In this document: piece by piece, positions 1 through 9,616 of the stretch
How the letters are laid out: each line of letters starts with the position of its first letter
Numbering within the stretch: position 1 is the stretch's first letter
From: Bacteroidales bacterium
GTDB taxonomy: Bacteria; Bacteroidota; Bacteroidia; Bacteroidales; JAGONC01
Assembly: GCA_028716265.1 (NCBI GenBank)
Contig: JAQUQD010000001.1
Coordinates: 41,888 to 105,887 of the forward strand
Direction: 5' to 3'
DNA: 64,000 nt
The notes under the pieces: model-generated
The model's input: the letters and a program-made list of their open reading frames with translations, nothing else
The model's database searches: none
Told to the model about the DNA's origin: nothing
Position numbers and translations under genes: made by a program

Positions 1-996
1 AATGGATGCATCGCCGTGAATGAGGACGGGAACGATCCTGTTTGCATCACCTTCGTACTGCTGATCAATGCGCGACCTGACAATTCCTTCCACCACCGGA
101 CCTACTGCTTCCAGATGTGATGGGTTCGGAGCCAGGCTTAGCTTCACCGGATGGCCATCCCCGGTGTTCCTTTGAGAAGTGAATCCCAGATGATACTTGA
201 CATCTCCCAGCAATGTCTCGTCATGATATGCAATGCCTTCAAATTCGCTGAAAACGACATGGTAGGATTTCCCGAGGATGTTGGTCAGTACGTTCAGCCT
301 TCCCCGGTGAGGCATGCCGATCACAAACTCCCGAATGCCCAGCCGGGCTCCACTCTCGATCAGTATATCCAGAGCGGGAATAAGGGATTCCCCGCCTTCA
401 AGGGAAAAACGTTTCTGCCCGGGAAATTTTTTATGGATGAATTTTTCAAATCCGACCGCTTCGGTCAGCTTTTGCAGTATCTTTTGCTTTTGCCCAATGG
501 AATAACCAGGGGTGTTCCTGGTCGATTCCATCCTGGCTTTCAGCCAGTTGACGGTCTCCACATTCCTGATATAATAATACTCTGCCCCGATCGACTGACA
601 GTAGGTTTGATCCAGAAAGGCAATTATATCCTTTAACCGGGCTTTTCCAATACCTATTTCAATGCCCGCCTCATATTCCGTTTCAAGTTGTTCAGCATGC
701 AGTCCAAAATTTTCGTAGGAGAGGGTAGGGAAATAGCTCCGCCGCGTTCTGACCGGATTGGTCCTGGTGAACAGATGCCCCCTTTTGCGGTAATCATTGA
801 TCAGGTCGATCACCCTGAATTCGTCGGATGAAAGAGGATGCTCCGGCCTTTGTAAGGATAATTGCCCGGCAAATTCAAATCCCTCAAAGAACTTCCTCCA
901 TCCAAAATCTACAGAACCGGGATCATCCCGGTATTTTGAATACAGTTCATCAAGTTGTGCCGGATCAATGTTGGCCAGATAGGAATAGGTGTCCAT
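1..996 (-). CDS. sucA: 2-oxoglutarate dehydrogenase E1 component, N-terminal ~332 codons (gene continues beyond the left edge)
   Basis: Absent from the ORF track because it has no stop in the window. Hand translation of the minus strand from the ATG at 996-994 gives MDTYSYLANIDPAQLDELYSKYRDDPGSVDFGWRKFFEGFEF ... EFRVIDLINDYRKRGHLFTRTNPVR ... GMPHRGRLNVLTNILGKSY ... KYHLGF ... LAPNPSHLEAVGPVVEG. This is the conserved N-terminal layout of OGDH E1, and the frame stays open to position 1. Confidence 0.85.
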   Translation of the reverse strand, partial: MDTYSYLANIDPAQLDELYSKYRDDPGSVDFGWRKFFEGFEFAGQLSLQRPEHPLSSDEFRVIDLINDYRKRGHLFTRTNPVRTRRSYFPTLSYENFGLHAEQLETEYEAGIEIGIGKARLKDIIAFLDQTYCQSIGAEYYYIRNVETVNWLKARMESTRNTPGYSIGQKQKILQKLTEAVGFEKFIHKKFPGQKRFSLEGGESLIPALDILIESGARLGIREFVIGMPHRGRLNVLTNILGKSYHVVFSEFEGIAYHDETLLGDVKYHLGFTSQRNTGDGHPVKLSLAPNPSHLEAVGPVVEGIVRSRIDQQYEGDANRIVPVLIHGDASI

Positions 997-1090
997 GAAT
1001 GGGCTTGGTGTTAAAATCCGGCGACAAATGTACAAATTAATGGGAATGAATGATAATCACCGCTCCCGGGGATCCTGGTCCAATGCGTTA

Positions 1091-1124
1091 TAAAACAAAA
1101 AGTCCACCTGTGACAGTGGACTTT
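1091..1124 (-). terminator. Rho-independent terminator downstream of the ferredoxin gene
   Basis: Perfect 9-bp stem AAAGTCCAC (1099-1107) / GTGGACTTT (1116-1124) with an 8-nt loop. On the minus strand it is followed by TTTTGTTTTA (1100-1091). It lies 48 nt after the ferredoxin stop. Confidence 0.7.
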
Positions 1125-1171
1125 CCTATTGAACCTGATCAAGTCAGACACTCATTCTATACAGTTGATGA

Positions 1172-1339
1172 TTATTCAGGATGTATCGCTTCAACAGGGC
1201 AAACATCCGCGCATGAACCGCATTCGGTGCACACATCCGGATCAATCACATAAATATCACCCGCAGAAATCGCTTCGACAGGACATTCATCGATACATGT
1301 GCCGCATGCCGTACAATCATCAGAGATCTTATAAGCCAT
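1172..1339 (-). CDS. 2x[4Fe-4S] ferredoxin, 55 aa (below the ORF-track length cutoff)
   Basis: Hand translation gives MAYKISDDCTACGTCIDECPVEAISAGDIYVIDPDVCTECGSCADVCPVEAIHPE*. It has two canonical CxxCxxCxxxCP cluster motifs: ATG at 1339-1337, TAA at 1174-1172, 168 nt in total. Confidence 0.85.
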   Translation of the reverse strand: MAYKISDDCTACGTCIDECPVEAISAGDIYVIDPDVCTECGSCADVCPVEAIHPE

Positions 1340-1390
1340 GGCTAAAGGTTTTAGTTAATAATTAAGGTACATCAATGGTTGTTGATAGTG

Positions 1391-1398
1391 CAAAAGTA
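1391..1398 (-). promoter_or_regulatory. Bacteroidota-type -7 box (TACTTTTG) for the ferredoxin gene
   Basis: The minus strand reads TACTTTTG, matching the TAnnTTTG consensus, 52 nt upstream of the ATG at 1339. Confidence 0.4.
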
Positions 1399-1518
1399 TT
1401 TTATTTTTCGATAGTGGGTGCAGGATGCAGAAATTTAATTTTGATCTAAACAAATCATGTGCCAGACGGGTAATCCTAAAAAATAGAAGATAGTTGGAAT
1501 TGCAAGGAATAATGTCTT

Positions 1519-1526
1519 TACCTTTG
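1519..1526 (+). promoter_or_regulatory. Bacteroidota-type -7 box (TACCTTTG) for korAB
   Basis: TACCTTTG matches TAnnTTTG and ends 22 nt upstream of the korA ATG at 1549. Confidence 0.55.
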
Positions 1527-1548
1527 CAGTTGTTAAAACATTAACAAA

Positions 1549-3402
1549 ATGGGTATTAAAAAGCGAAAAATCATCGAGTTGGAAGATGCAGTTGTAAAAT
1601 TTGCAGGAGACTCGGGTGATGGTATGCAAATGAGTGGAGCGCAATTTTCCGACACGTCTGCATTTGTTGGAAATGATATTTCTACTTTTCCGGATTATCC
1701 CTCTGAGATCAGGGCACCCCAGGGAACCATTGCCGGTGTGTCAGGCTTTCAGGTCCGTATCGGCAGCAAGGGCATCAAAACGCCGGGTGATCGGGCCGAT
1801 GTGCTGGTTGCCATGAATCCTGCAGCCCTGAAAACCAATCTTAAGTGGGTAAAACTGGGGGCAACGATCATTATCGACAGCGACAGCTTTGACGTAAAGA
1901 ATTACCAGAAGGCGGGCTTTAACTCAGATCCATTGGAAGATGGCACCCTTGATGGATTTAATGTCGTCAGGGCACCGATCACATATTTGAATTTCACTGC
2001 GGTGAAAGAACTTGGCTTGGACAGCAAAACGGCAGAAAAAACAAAGAACCAGTTTGCTGTGGGCATCCTCTATTGGCTCTTTGACCGGAATCTGGAATAT
2101 GGAGAAAAGTTCCTGGATGACCGATTTAAGACTAAACCGGTCCTGGCTGAGGCGAATAAAAAAGTACTCAGAGCCGGATACCATTATGCGGAAACCATTG
2201 AAACGCTGGAGTCGCGGTTCCAGATCATCCACCGGGGAGAAAGAAAGGGAAAGTTCAGGAACATCACAGGCAATACGGCCGTGGCATGGGGATTCATAGC
2301 CGCCTCCGAACGCTCAGGCCGCCCCTTGTTCCTGGGTTCCTATCCGATCACTCCTGCCTCTGAGATCCTGCAGGAGCTTGCCAAGCGAAAACAGCTCGGC
2401 GTCAAGGTCTTCCAGGCTGAGGATGAGATTGCTGGTATCAATTCAGCCATCGGTGCAAGCTTTGCCGGGAACTTGGGTGTGACAACCACCTCCGGACCTG
2501 GCCTGGCATTGAAAAGTGAAGCCCTTGGACTGGCAGTGATAACCGAAATCCCACTGGTCCTGGTCGATGTACAGAGGGGTGGACCGTCCACAGGATTGCC
2601 TACCAAAACGGAACAGGGAGACCTTATGCAGGCCCTCTACGGCCGTTCCGGTGAAAGCCCCGCCGTGGTCATCGCAGCTTCTTCCCCTTCCGATTGCTTT
2701 GATTATGCCTATATGGCATGCAAAATTGCCATCGAACACATGACTCCGGTGGTCTTGTTGACTGACGGATACCTGGCCAACGGATCCGAGCTATGGAACA
2801 TACCAAAGATCGCTGACCTTCCTCCTATTGTTCCACCCATTGTACCTGATAATACTCCGGATTTCAAGCCCTACCGCAGGGATCCGCAGAAACTGAACCG
2901 CTTCTGGGCGATCCCGGGACAGGAAGGTCTTCGCCATCGTATCGGAAGCCTCGAAAAGGAAGATGTGACAGGGTATGTATCCCATGACCCCCTGAACCAC
3001 GAAAAAATGGTGCGGCTCAGGGAGGAAAAGGTACAGCGCGTGGCAAATTATGTTCCTGAACTGAAAGTCTGGGGAGAACCAACAGGCGATCTTTTGGCCG
3101 TTGGATGGGGAGGAACGTACGGAGCCATGATCAGTGCTGTGGAGGAACTTCAGCAGCAGGGAAAAAGCATCAGCCTGGCACAATTCAATTACCTGAAACC
3201 ACTTCCGAGAAATACGGAAGCTGTTTTGAAGGGATTCAGGAAGATCATCATCTGTGAACTCAATATGGGACAATTCGCCATGTACCTCAGCGCCTTGTAT
3301 CCTCAATTTAAGTATCTGAGATATAATAAGATCCAGGGACTTCCATTCATGATCGAGGAGTTGAAACGGAAATTCAATCAAGTACTGGAGGGAAAAGAAT
3401 AA
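1549..3402 (+). CDS. korA: 2-oxoacid:ferredoxin oxidoreductase, fused gamma/alpha subunit (KorA type, probably 2-oxoglutarate-specific)
   Basis: 617-aa ORF. FAGDSGDGMQMSGAQFSDTSAFVGNDISTFPDYPSEIRAP and GSYPITPASEILQEL are hallmarks of KorA/OorA-type alpha subunits. Its stop overlaps the beta-subunit start (TAATG at 3400-3404). Substrate is inferred from family resemblance and the sucA neighbour, not proven. Confidence 0.85.
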   Translation: MGIKKRKIIELEDAVVKFAGDSGDGMQMSGAQFSDTSAFVGNDISTFPDYPSEIRAPQGTIAGVSGFQVRIGSKGIKTPGDRADVLVAMNPAALKTNLKWVKLGATIIIDSDSFDVKNYQKAGFNSDPLEDGTLDGFNVVRAPITYLNFTAVKELGLDSKTAEKTKNQFAVGILYWLFDRNLEYGEKFLDDRFKTKPVLAEANKKVLRAGYHYAETIETLESRFQIIHRGERKGKFRNITGNTAVAWGFIAASERSGRPLFLGSYPITPASEILQELAKRKQLGVKVFQAEDEIAGINSAIGASFAGNLGVTTTSGPGLALKSEALGLAVITEIPLVLVDVQRGGPSTGLPTKTEQGDLMQALYGRSGESPAVVIAASSPSDCFDYAYMACKIAIEHMTPVVLLTDGYLANGSELWNIPKIADLPPIVPPIVPDNTPDFKPYRRDPQKLNRFWAIPGQEGLRHRIGSLEKEDVTGYVSHDPLNHEKMVRLREEKVQRVANYVPELKVWGEPTGDLLAVGWGGTYGAMISAVEELQQQGKSISLAQFNYLKPLPRNTEAVLKGFRKIIICELNMGQFAMYLSALYPQFKYLRYNKIQGLPFMIEELKRKFNQVLEGKE

Positions 3403-4436
3403 TGATAACAAAAAATGATACAAGTTCCTCTCAGCCCGTGTTGACGCGGAATGATTTCAAGCTGGATCAACCTGTCAAATGGTGTGCTGGATGCGGCGAT
3501 TATGCCATCCTTTCGGCAGTCCAGAATGCCCTGCCTGAGATCGGCATGAAAAAGGAAGATATCGTGTTCGTTTCGGGAATCGGTTGTTCCTCGCGGTTCC
3601 CCTATTACATCAATACGTACGGCTTTCATGGCCTCCACGGAAGAGCCGCAGCCGTCGCCACAGGGATCAAGATCGCCAATCCGATGCTCAGTGTCTGGAT
3701 CGTTACGGGTGACGGGGATAGCATGGCCATCGGGGGAAACCACTTCATCCATATCCTCCGGCGTAATATCGATGTTAATATCTTGATATTCAATAATAAG
3801 ATCTACGGACTGACCAAAGGCCAATATTCTCCCACATCCCCCAAGGGATTGATAACAAAAACATCCCCGGATGGAACCATCGAACCTCCGTTCATTCCCG
3901 GAGAACTTGCCATGGGAGCCCAGGGTACGTTCTTTGCCAGGGCGCTTGATACCGAACCCAAACAGATGACCGATATATTTATTAAGGCGGCACAGCACGA
4001 CGGGACGTCCGTTGTTGAGATCCTGCAGAACTGTGTCATCTTTAACAACAAGATCCATCAGGAGATTACAGGCAAGGATGTAAAGGACGACCGCGTGATT
4101 TACCTGGAGCACGGCAAACCCATGATATTTGGTGTTGAACATGACAAGGGCCTCGTTTTAAGGGATTTCGGATTACAGGTAGTCAGAATTGGCGAGAATG
4201 GAATAGCAGAAAAGGATCTCCTGGTACACGATGCCTTTACTCCGGACATCGCCTTGCATTACCTTTTGACCCGGATGACCTATCCGGAGTTCCCTGTCGC
4301 CACCGGCGTCATCCGTTCATTCCCGTGCGAGCCCTATGACCAGGCCCTGGAACGGCAGGTGATCCGCAGCATGGAAGAATCCAGGATCAAGACACTTGAA
4401 GGACTGATCAACACCGGCAACGTCTGGCAGCTCTGA
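3402..4436 (+). CDS. korB: 2-oxoacid:ferredoxin oxidoreductase beta subunit (TPP-binding)
   Basis: 344-aa ORF with the WCAGCGDY cysteine motif and the TPP-binding GDGDSMAIGGNH...NNKIYGLTKGQ. Translationally coupled to korA. Confidence 0.88.
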   Translation: MITKNDTSSSQPVLTRNDFKLDQPVKWCAGCGDYAILSAVQNALPEIGMKKEDIVFVSGIGCSSRFPYYINTYGFHGLHGRAAAVATGIKIANPMLSVWIVTGDGDSMAIGGNHFIHILRRNIDVNILIFNNKIYGLTKGQYSPTSPKGLITKTSPDGTIEPPFIPGELAMGAQGTFFARALDTEPKQMTDIFIKAAQHDGTSVVEILQNCVIFNNKIHQEITGKDVKDDRVIYLEHGKPMIFGVEHDKGLVLRDFGLQVVRIGENGIAEKDLLVHDAFTPDIALHYLLTRMTYPEFPVATGVIRSFPCEPYDQALERQVIRSMEESRIKTLEGLINTGNVWQL

Positions 4437-4480
4437 TCTCACCCGCCAGGTTTTTGATCTGCGATGTTCTTTTCTTTCCG

Positions 4481-4488
4481 TATCTTTG
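4481..4488 (+). promoter_or_regulatory. Possible -7 box (TATCTTTG) for tilS
   Basis: Matches TAnnTTTG but ends only 8 nt before the ATG at 4497. This would imply a near-leaderless mRNA. Confidence 0.3.
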
Positions 4489-4496
4489 TGTAAGCT

Positions 4497-5849
4497 ATGC
4501 TTAACGCGTTCCTCAGGTATATCAGGAAGGAGTCTTTGTTTTCGCCTCACCAGCCCATCCTGCTCGCCGTCAGCGGCGGGATCGACTCCGTGGTGATGAC
4601 CGCACTTTTTCATCGGGCTGGTTTTCATTTCGGAATTGCGCATTGTAATTTCACGTTGCGGGGGGAAGAATCAAACAGGGATGAACGTTTCGTGGAACAG
4701 CTCGCTGCAGGTTACAAGGTCCCCTTCTATTCAAGAACCTTTCCCACGGAACACTATGCACGCGAACATCATCTCTCCGTTCAGATGGCGGCCCGTGAAC
4801 TCCGTTACCGGTGGTTCAATGAACTGCTCGACAGCCAGGACTTCAACCTTGTTGCAACAGCACACCACCTGGATGACCAGGTGGAAACCCTGCTGATCAA
4901 CCTCACCAGGGGCACCGGGCTCGATGGCCTCCAGGGGATCTCCTCTAAACAGGGCCGCGTTATCCGGCCACTGATGTTCGCCACACGGACCCGGATCGAA
5001 CAGTATCAGCAGGATTATAACCTGCCATTCTGCGTCGATTCATCCAACCTTTCAGTTAAATATACACGAAATAAGATCCGGCACGAAGTCCTTCCAGTCC
5101 TTGATTCCATCAACCCTGACTTCCGCAATGGATTGATCCTCACCATTGAAAGGCTGAAGGAGGCCGGACTGATCGTCAGGGAACAGGTCCACACGAAAAG
5201 GGATACGGTTTGCAGTGAGAACCCCGACGGACTGACGATCCATATCCCCCGGCTGCTGAAGCTATCTGCGGTAAACACCTACCTGTACGAATGGCTTTCC
5301 CCGATGGGATTCAATTACCCGACCATTAAAAGGATCAGCGAATCCCTTACCGGCATCTCCGGGAAAATTTTTTTGTCACAGACCTGGTGCCTGCTCAGGG
5401 ACCGGGACAAATTGATCCTCAGGCCCGTCGGATCGGTGACTTCCCCGGCTGTCAGCGAATATGATATTGATGCGGATGTAGCCCGAATCGAGCAACCCCT
5501 CCCGCTTTCCTTTGAAAGGATCGGCCTGTCAGGTGATTTCACCCCGGATAAAAATCCACGGATCGCTTTCCTCGATCTGGCAATGATCCGGTTTCCCCTC
5601 ATCCTTCGCAGATGGAAAAAGGGTGACTCTTTCAAGCCTTTCGGAATGAAACACACAAAAAAACTGAGTGATTTTTTCATAGACGAAAAATTCTCTGTTC
5701 TCGAAAAAGAAAACGTATGGATCCTTGAGTCGGACGGGAAGATCGTCTGGCTGGTTGGCCATCGTCCTGACGATCGCTTCCGGATAACGGACCGGACAAC
5801 CCAGGCGCTCAGGATCCAATGGCTGGACATACCTTCCACCGGGCTATGA
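4497..5849 (+). CDS. tilS: tRNA(Ile)-lysidine synthetase
   Basis: 450-aa ORF with the N-terminal PP-loop LLAVSGGIDSVV, HHLDDQVETLL, and a C-terminal TilS-type domain (GDSFKPFGM..KKLSDFFID). Confidence 0.88.
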   Translation: MLNAFLRYIRKESLFSPHQPILLAVSGGIDSVVMTALFHRAGFHFGIAHCNFTLRGEESNRDERFVEQLAAGYKVPFYSRTFPTEHYAREHHLSVQMAARELRYRWFNELLDSQDFNLVATAHHLDDQVETLLINLTRGTGLDGLQGISSKQGRVIRPLMFATRTRIEQYQQDYNLPFCVDSSNLSVKYTRNKIRHEVLPVLDSINPDFRNGLILTIERLKEAGLIVREQVHTKRDTVCSENPDGLTIHIPRLLKLSAVNTYLYEWLSPMGFNYPTIKRISESLTGISGKIFLSQTWCLLRDRDKLILRPVGSVTSPAVSEYDIDADVARIEQPLPLSFERIGLSGDFTPDKNPRIAFLDLAMIRFPLILRRWKKGDSFKPFGMKHTKKLSDFFIDEKFSVLEKENVWILESDGKIVWLVGHRPDDRFRITDRTTQALRIQWLDIPSTGL

Positions 5850-5896
5850 AACACATTGTAATAACATTTTTATGAAAGGCTGTACAGCCATTTTAG

Positions 5897-5904
5897 TACC
5901 TTTG
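5897..5904 (+). promoter_or_regulatory. -7 box (TACCTTTG) for dsbD-like gene
   Basis: Matches TAnnTTTG, 17 nt upstream of the ATG at 5922. Confidence 0.5.
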
Positions 5905-5921
5905 CACCCAAAATTATTTAA

Positions 5922-8072
5922 ATGAGGATCTTCAATCATTTTCTGAATAAAGTCAGATACGGCCTTTTCATCGTTTTGTTGTTTGCGGTTTCGGGACTGA
6001 AAGGTCAGATCTATGAACCGGTCATCTGGACGTTCAACAGCCGGCTCATTTCCCCGACAGAAGCCGAGCTCCTTTTCAAAGCGGAGATTGAAAACAAATG
6101 GCATCTCTACTCTCAGGATATTCCTATGATTCCCCCGGCTACTACATTTACTTTTGAAGATATAAAAGGGTACGAACTGGTTGGAAAGGTAACGGAGCCC
6201 GATGCCATCGAGGAATACGACCCTAATTTTGAAATGGTGCTGAAGTATTTTGCAAGGGAAGTTACGTTTATACAAAAAATACGTTTGTTGTCCTCCGATC
6301 CTGTTACGGTGAAAGGATATGTTAATTTCATGTCCTGCGATGAGGAAAAATGCCTTCCCCCGGCAGATGAAGAATTCGAGTTTACGTTCCACCAGCAGGC
6401 AGGCGCAGGACAAACCAGCAGAGAATCCGAAAAAGGCGGAAATCAACAGACTACAGGTGTACCTGTCGCCCCGGTCACCACACTGGAACTTCCGGGCGAC
6501 TCGCTGACAGCTGTGACCGGATCCAGCCAACAGGATCAGACAGTCACCTTGCTGAATGACACGGATGCCCAGATGCGGGAAAAGAAATCCCTGTTCTATT
6601 TTTTTCTCATTTCCATCCTGGCAGGCTTTGCCGCCATCCTTACTCCCTGTGTTTTTCCAATGATCCCCATGACGGTTACTTTCTTCATGCATGATAACGA
6701 AAAAAAACGCAAAGCCAGGTTTCAGGCTATCGTTTATGGATTATCCATCATCGCAATCTACACCATCATCGGCACAGTGGTAGCCATCGCCCTGGGGCCA
6801 AATTTTGCCAATTCCCTTAGCACACACTGGATTCCCAATGTCTTGTTCTTTTTGATCTTCATGATCTTTGCGGCTTCCTTCCTGGGAGCGTTTGAGCTGA
6901 CCCTCCCCAGTTGGATGATCACCCGCACGGATAAACAGGCGGACAAGGGCGGATTTTCAGGGGCTTTCTTCATGGCCCTGACACTGGTGCTGGTCTCTTT
7001 CTCCTGCACCGGTCCCCTGGTTGGAGCAATCCTGGTCGAATCTGCGGGCGGCCAGATCCTCAAGCCAATCATCGGTATGTTCGGCTTTGCACTTGCATTC
7101 GCACTGCCCTTTACCCTGTTTGCCTTCTTTCCCTCCTGGCTGGCCAATCTGCCCAAATCAGGAGGATGGCTCAACTCGGTCAAGGTGGTCCTGGGATTCA
7201 TTGAGCTGGCCCTGGGATTGAAGTTCCTCAGCATCGCCGATCAGACCTATCACTGGGGCATCCTTGACCGGGAAGTTTACCTGGCCTTCTGGATCGTGAT
7301 CTTTACATTGATGGGCTTCTACCTTCTGGGTAAACTTAAATTTGCTCATGATTCCGACTTAAAACATATAAGCGTGACACGTATTACCTTGGCAATCATC
7401 ACGTTTTCCTTTGTGGTTTACATGATTCCCGGTATGTTCGGCGCCCCGCTGAAGGCGTTATCCGGCTATATCCCCCCGCAAACCACCCATGATTTTGACC
7501 TGAATAAGATCATTCGGGATAATACCCGATTGATCGTTGGCTCCGGAGCAACGATCCCTCAAGGAGAAAATCCATCGGCAGAGCTCTGTGACAAACCGAA
7601 ATACAGCGACTTTTTGCATCTTCCGCACGGATTGGAGGGTTTTTTTGATTATGAACAGGGAATGGTATGCGCCAGAAAACTGGGTAAACCGGTTTTCATT
7701 GATTTTACGGGCCACGGATGCGTCAACTGCCGTGAGATGGAAGCCAACGTCTGGTCAGATCCAAAAGTACTGCAGCGGTTACGTGATGACTACGTGGTGA
7801 TCGCATTGTATGTCGATGATAAAACCCAATTGCCTGAAAACGAATGGATCACATCCACCTATGACGGGAAGGTCAAGAAAACCCTGGGGAAAAAATATGC
7901 TGATTTCCAGATCACTCATTTTAATGTGAACGCCCAGCCATTTTATGTACTGCTTGATCAAAACGGGGATAAACTCGTACAGCCCAGGGCCTATAACCTC
8001 AATGTGGACGAGTTCGTCGATTTTCTTGACAGGGGGCTTCAGGAATTCAGGAACCGGCAGGCAATCCTTTAG
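5922..8072 (+). CDS. dsbD: Thiol:disulfide interchange protein, DsbD family
   Basis: 716-aa ORF with a signal sequence and a DsbD-alpha-like domain (FMSCDEEKCLPP). The CcdA/DsbD membrane core carries LTPCVFPMIP and SFSCTGPLVG. The C-terminal thioredoxin domain has GHGCVNCREME. Confidence 0.85.
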   Translation: MRIFNHFLNKVRYGLFIVLLFAVSGLKGQIYEPVIWTFNSRLISPTEAELLFKAEIENKWHLYSQDIPMIPPATTFTFEDIKGYELVGKVTEPDAIEEYDPNFEMVLKYFAREVTFIQKIRLLSSDPVTVKGYVNFMSCDEEKCLPPADEEFEFTFHQQAGAGQTSRESEKGGNQQTTGVPVAPVTTLELPGDSLTAVTGSSQQDQTVTLLNDTDAQMREKKSLFYFFLISILAGFAAILTPCVFPMIPMTVTFFMHDNEKKRKARFQAIVYGLSIIAIYTIIGTVVAIALGPNFANSLSTHWIPNVLFFLIFMIFAASFLGAFELTLPSWMITRTDKQADKGGFSGAFFMALTLVLVSFSCTGPLVGAILVESAGGQILKPIIGMFGFALAFALPFTLFAFFPSWLANLPKSGGWLNSVKVVLGFIELALGLKFLSIADQTYHWGILDREVYLAFWIVIFTLMGFYLLGKLKFAHDSDLKHISVTRITLAIITFSFVVYMIPGMFGAPLKALSGYIPPQTTHDFDLNKIIRDNTRLIVGSGATIPQGENPSAELCDKPKYSDFLHLPHGLEGFFDYEQGMVCARKLGKPVFIDFTGHGCVNCREMEANVWSDPKVLQRLRDDYVVIALYVDDKTQLPENEWITSTYDGKVKKTLGKKYADFQITHFNVNAQPFYVLLDQNGDKLVQPRAYNLNVDEFVDFLDRGLQEFRNRQAIL

Positions 8073-8074
8073 GA

Positions 8075-9466
8075 TTATGTGATCCGTTCACTGCTCATCA
8101 TCCTGGCATAATGCTGATAAAAATACGTAATCGTCTCGATCCCTTTGAAAAATTGAGACAGTGGAAAACTCTCGTTCGGTGAGTGGATCGCGTCGGATTC
8201 CAGCCCGAATCCCATGAGAATGCTCTTAAGTCCCAGTTTTTCCTCAAAGGTGGAAATGATCGGGATGCTGCCGCCACTCCTCACTGGGATCGGTTTCTTG
8301 TTGTAGGCATCCGTGTATGCCTTCTCTGCTGCCTTATAGGCAGTCATGTCCGTTGGCGAAACATATCCCTGTCCACCGTGCAGCGCCCTGACCTGGATTC
8401 TGACACTAGGCGGGGCAATCCTTTTGATATGATCTTCAAACAACTTGCTGATCTTTTGATGATCCTGGTTGGGAACCAGCCGCATGGATATTTTTGCGTA
8501 GGCTTTAGAAGGCAGTACCGTTTTTGCTCCTTCTCCAATATAGCCGCTCCACATTCCGTTGACGTCAAGGGTTGGCCTGATCCCAGTTCGTTCAATGGTT
8601 GAATACCCCTTTTCGCCCCAGACCTCACCGATATTCAGCGATTCTTTATAAGCTCTCAGGTCGAACGGTGCCTTGGCCATATCTGCACGCTCTGCCTGAC
8701 TGATTTCCAGCACATCATCGTAAAACCCGGGGATGGTAATACGGTTCTCTTCATCATGCAGCGAAGCAATGATCCTGGCCATTACATTTGCCGGATTGGC
8801 TACAGCTCCGCCAAAAATCCCGGAGTGCAGATCCCTGTCCGGCCCCGTCGCCTCCATTTCCATATAACTTAGACCACGCAAGCCAACCGTGATCGAGGGT
8901 TGATCCTCAGCGATCATGCTGGTATCAGAGACCAGGATAATGTCGGCTTTAAGCATTTCTTTATGATCCTCACAGAATTTGCCCATGTTGACCGATCCCA
9001 CTTCCTCTTCCCCTTCGATCATGAATTTGACGTTACAGGGCAGCTGACCTGTTTTTACCAGGTATTCGAATGCTTTGGCGTGCATGAACGACTGGCCCTT
9101 GTCATCGTCTGCCCCACGGGCATAGATCCTTCCATCACGGATCATCGGCTGGAACGGATCTGACTTCCACAGATCCACCGGATCAACGGGCATAACATCC
9201 ATATGGGCGTAGACAAGCACTGTGGGCAAGGCTGGATCGACCCGCTTTTCAGCATAAAGGATCGGATTTCCTGCTGTGGGATAGATCTCTGCTTTATCGG
9301 CACCGGCGGCAATCAGGATTCCTTTCCAGTATTCTGCAGCCCGTTGCATATCAGGCTTATGAGAGGCAATCGAACTCACCGATGGAATGCGGATCAATCC
9401 AAAAAGTTCATCAAGAAAACGATCCCTGTTCTCCTGAATGTAATCGTTGATCGTTGGTTGTGTCAT
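8075..9466 (-). CDS. M20-family metallopeptidase (dipeptidase-like)
   Basis: Motifs YAHMDVMP, ARGADDDKGQ and IEGEEEVGS are typical of M20 dipeptidases. The ORF track starts at 9535, but that 23-aa extension looks non-native. I set the start at the ATG at 9466 (MTQPTINDYIQENRDRFLDELF...). Confidence 0.8.
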   Translation of the reverse strand: MTQPTINDYIQENRDRFLDELFGLIRIPSVSSIASHKPDMQRAAEYWKGILIAAGADKAEIYPTAGNPILYAEKRVDPALPTVLVYAHMDVMPVDPVDLWKSDPFQPMIRDGRIYARGADDDKGQSFMHAKAFEYLVKTGQLPCNVKFMIEGEEEVGSVNMGKFCEDHKEMLKADIILVSDTSMIAEDQPSITVGLRGLSYMEMEATGPDRDLHSGIFGGAVANPANVMARIIASLHDEENRITIPGFYDDVLEISQAERADMAKAPFDLRAYKESLNIGEVWGEKGYSTIERTGIRPTLDVNGMWSGYIGEGAKTVLPSKAYAKISMRLVPNQDHQKISKLFEDHIKRIAPPSVRIQVRALHGGQGYVSPTDMTAYKAAEKAYTDAYNKKPIPVRSGGSIPIISTFEEKLGLKSILMGFGLESDAIHSPNESFPLSQFFKGIETITYFYQHYARMMSSERIT

Positions 9467-9589
9467 GGTAATTGGGTTGATAATGTTTTTTTGTTTGTAC
9501 TGCAGGAAGTGAACAGGTAAAGCACTCCCAGGCATTTGCCAAAATTAAGAATTCCGTCTCACAATCCGTGCAGGATCAGCTGAAATGAT

Positions 9590-9597
9590 TAACTTTG
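9590..9597 (+). promoter_or_regulatory. -7 box (TAACTTTG) for gap
   Basis: Matches TAnnTTTG, 19 nt upstream of the ATG at 9617. Confidence 0.5.
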
Positions 9598-9616
9598 GCC
9601 TCCAAAAGTTCTGTTT

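Noticed and set aside
151-636. 161-aa plus-strand ORF at the left edge
   Set aside because: It lies antisense to a clearly recognisable sucA reading frame (minus strand, 996 to 1) and has no recognisable motifs. It is an antisense artefact.
5878-5894. Terminator after tilS (GGCTGTACAGCC + ATTTT)
   Set aside because: It allows only a 4-bp stem with a 4-nt loop, which is too weak to call.
2791-6692. Long minus-strand ORFs at 2791-3423, 3378-4142, 5315-5854 and 5844-6692
   Set aside because: They lie antisense to korA, korB, tilS and dsbD. None has a signal peptide or catalytic motifs, and all are nested in well-supported genes.
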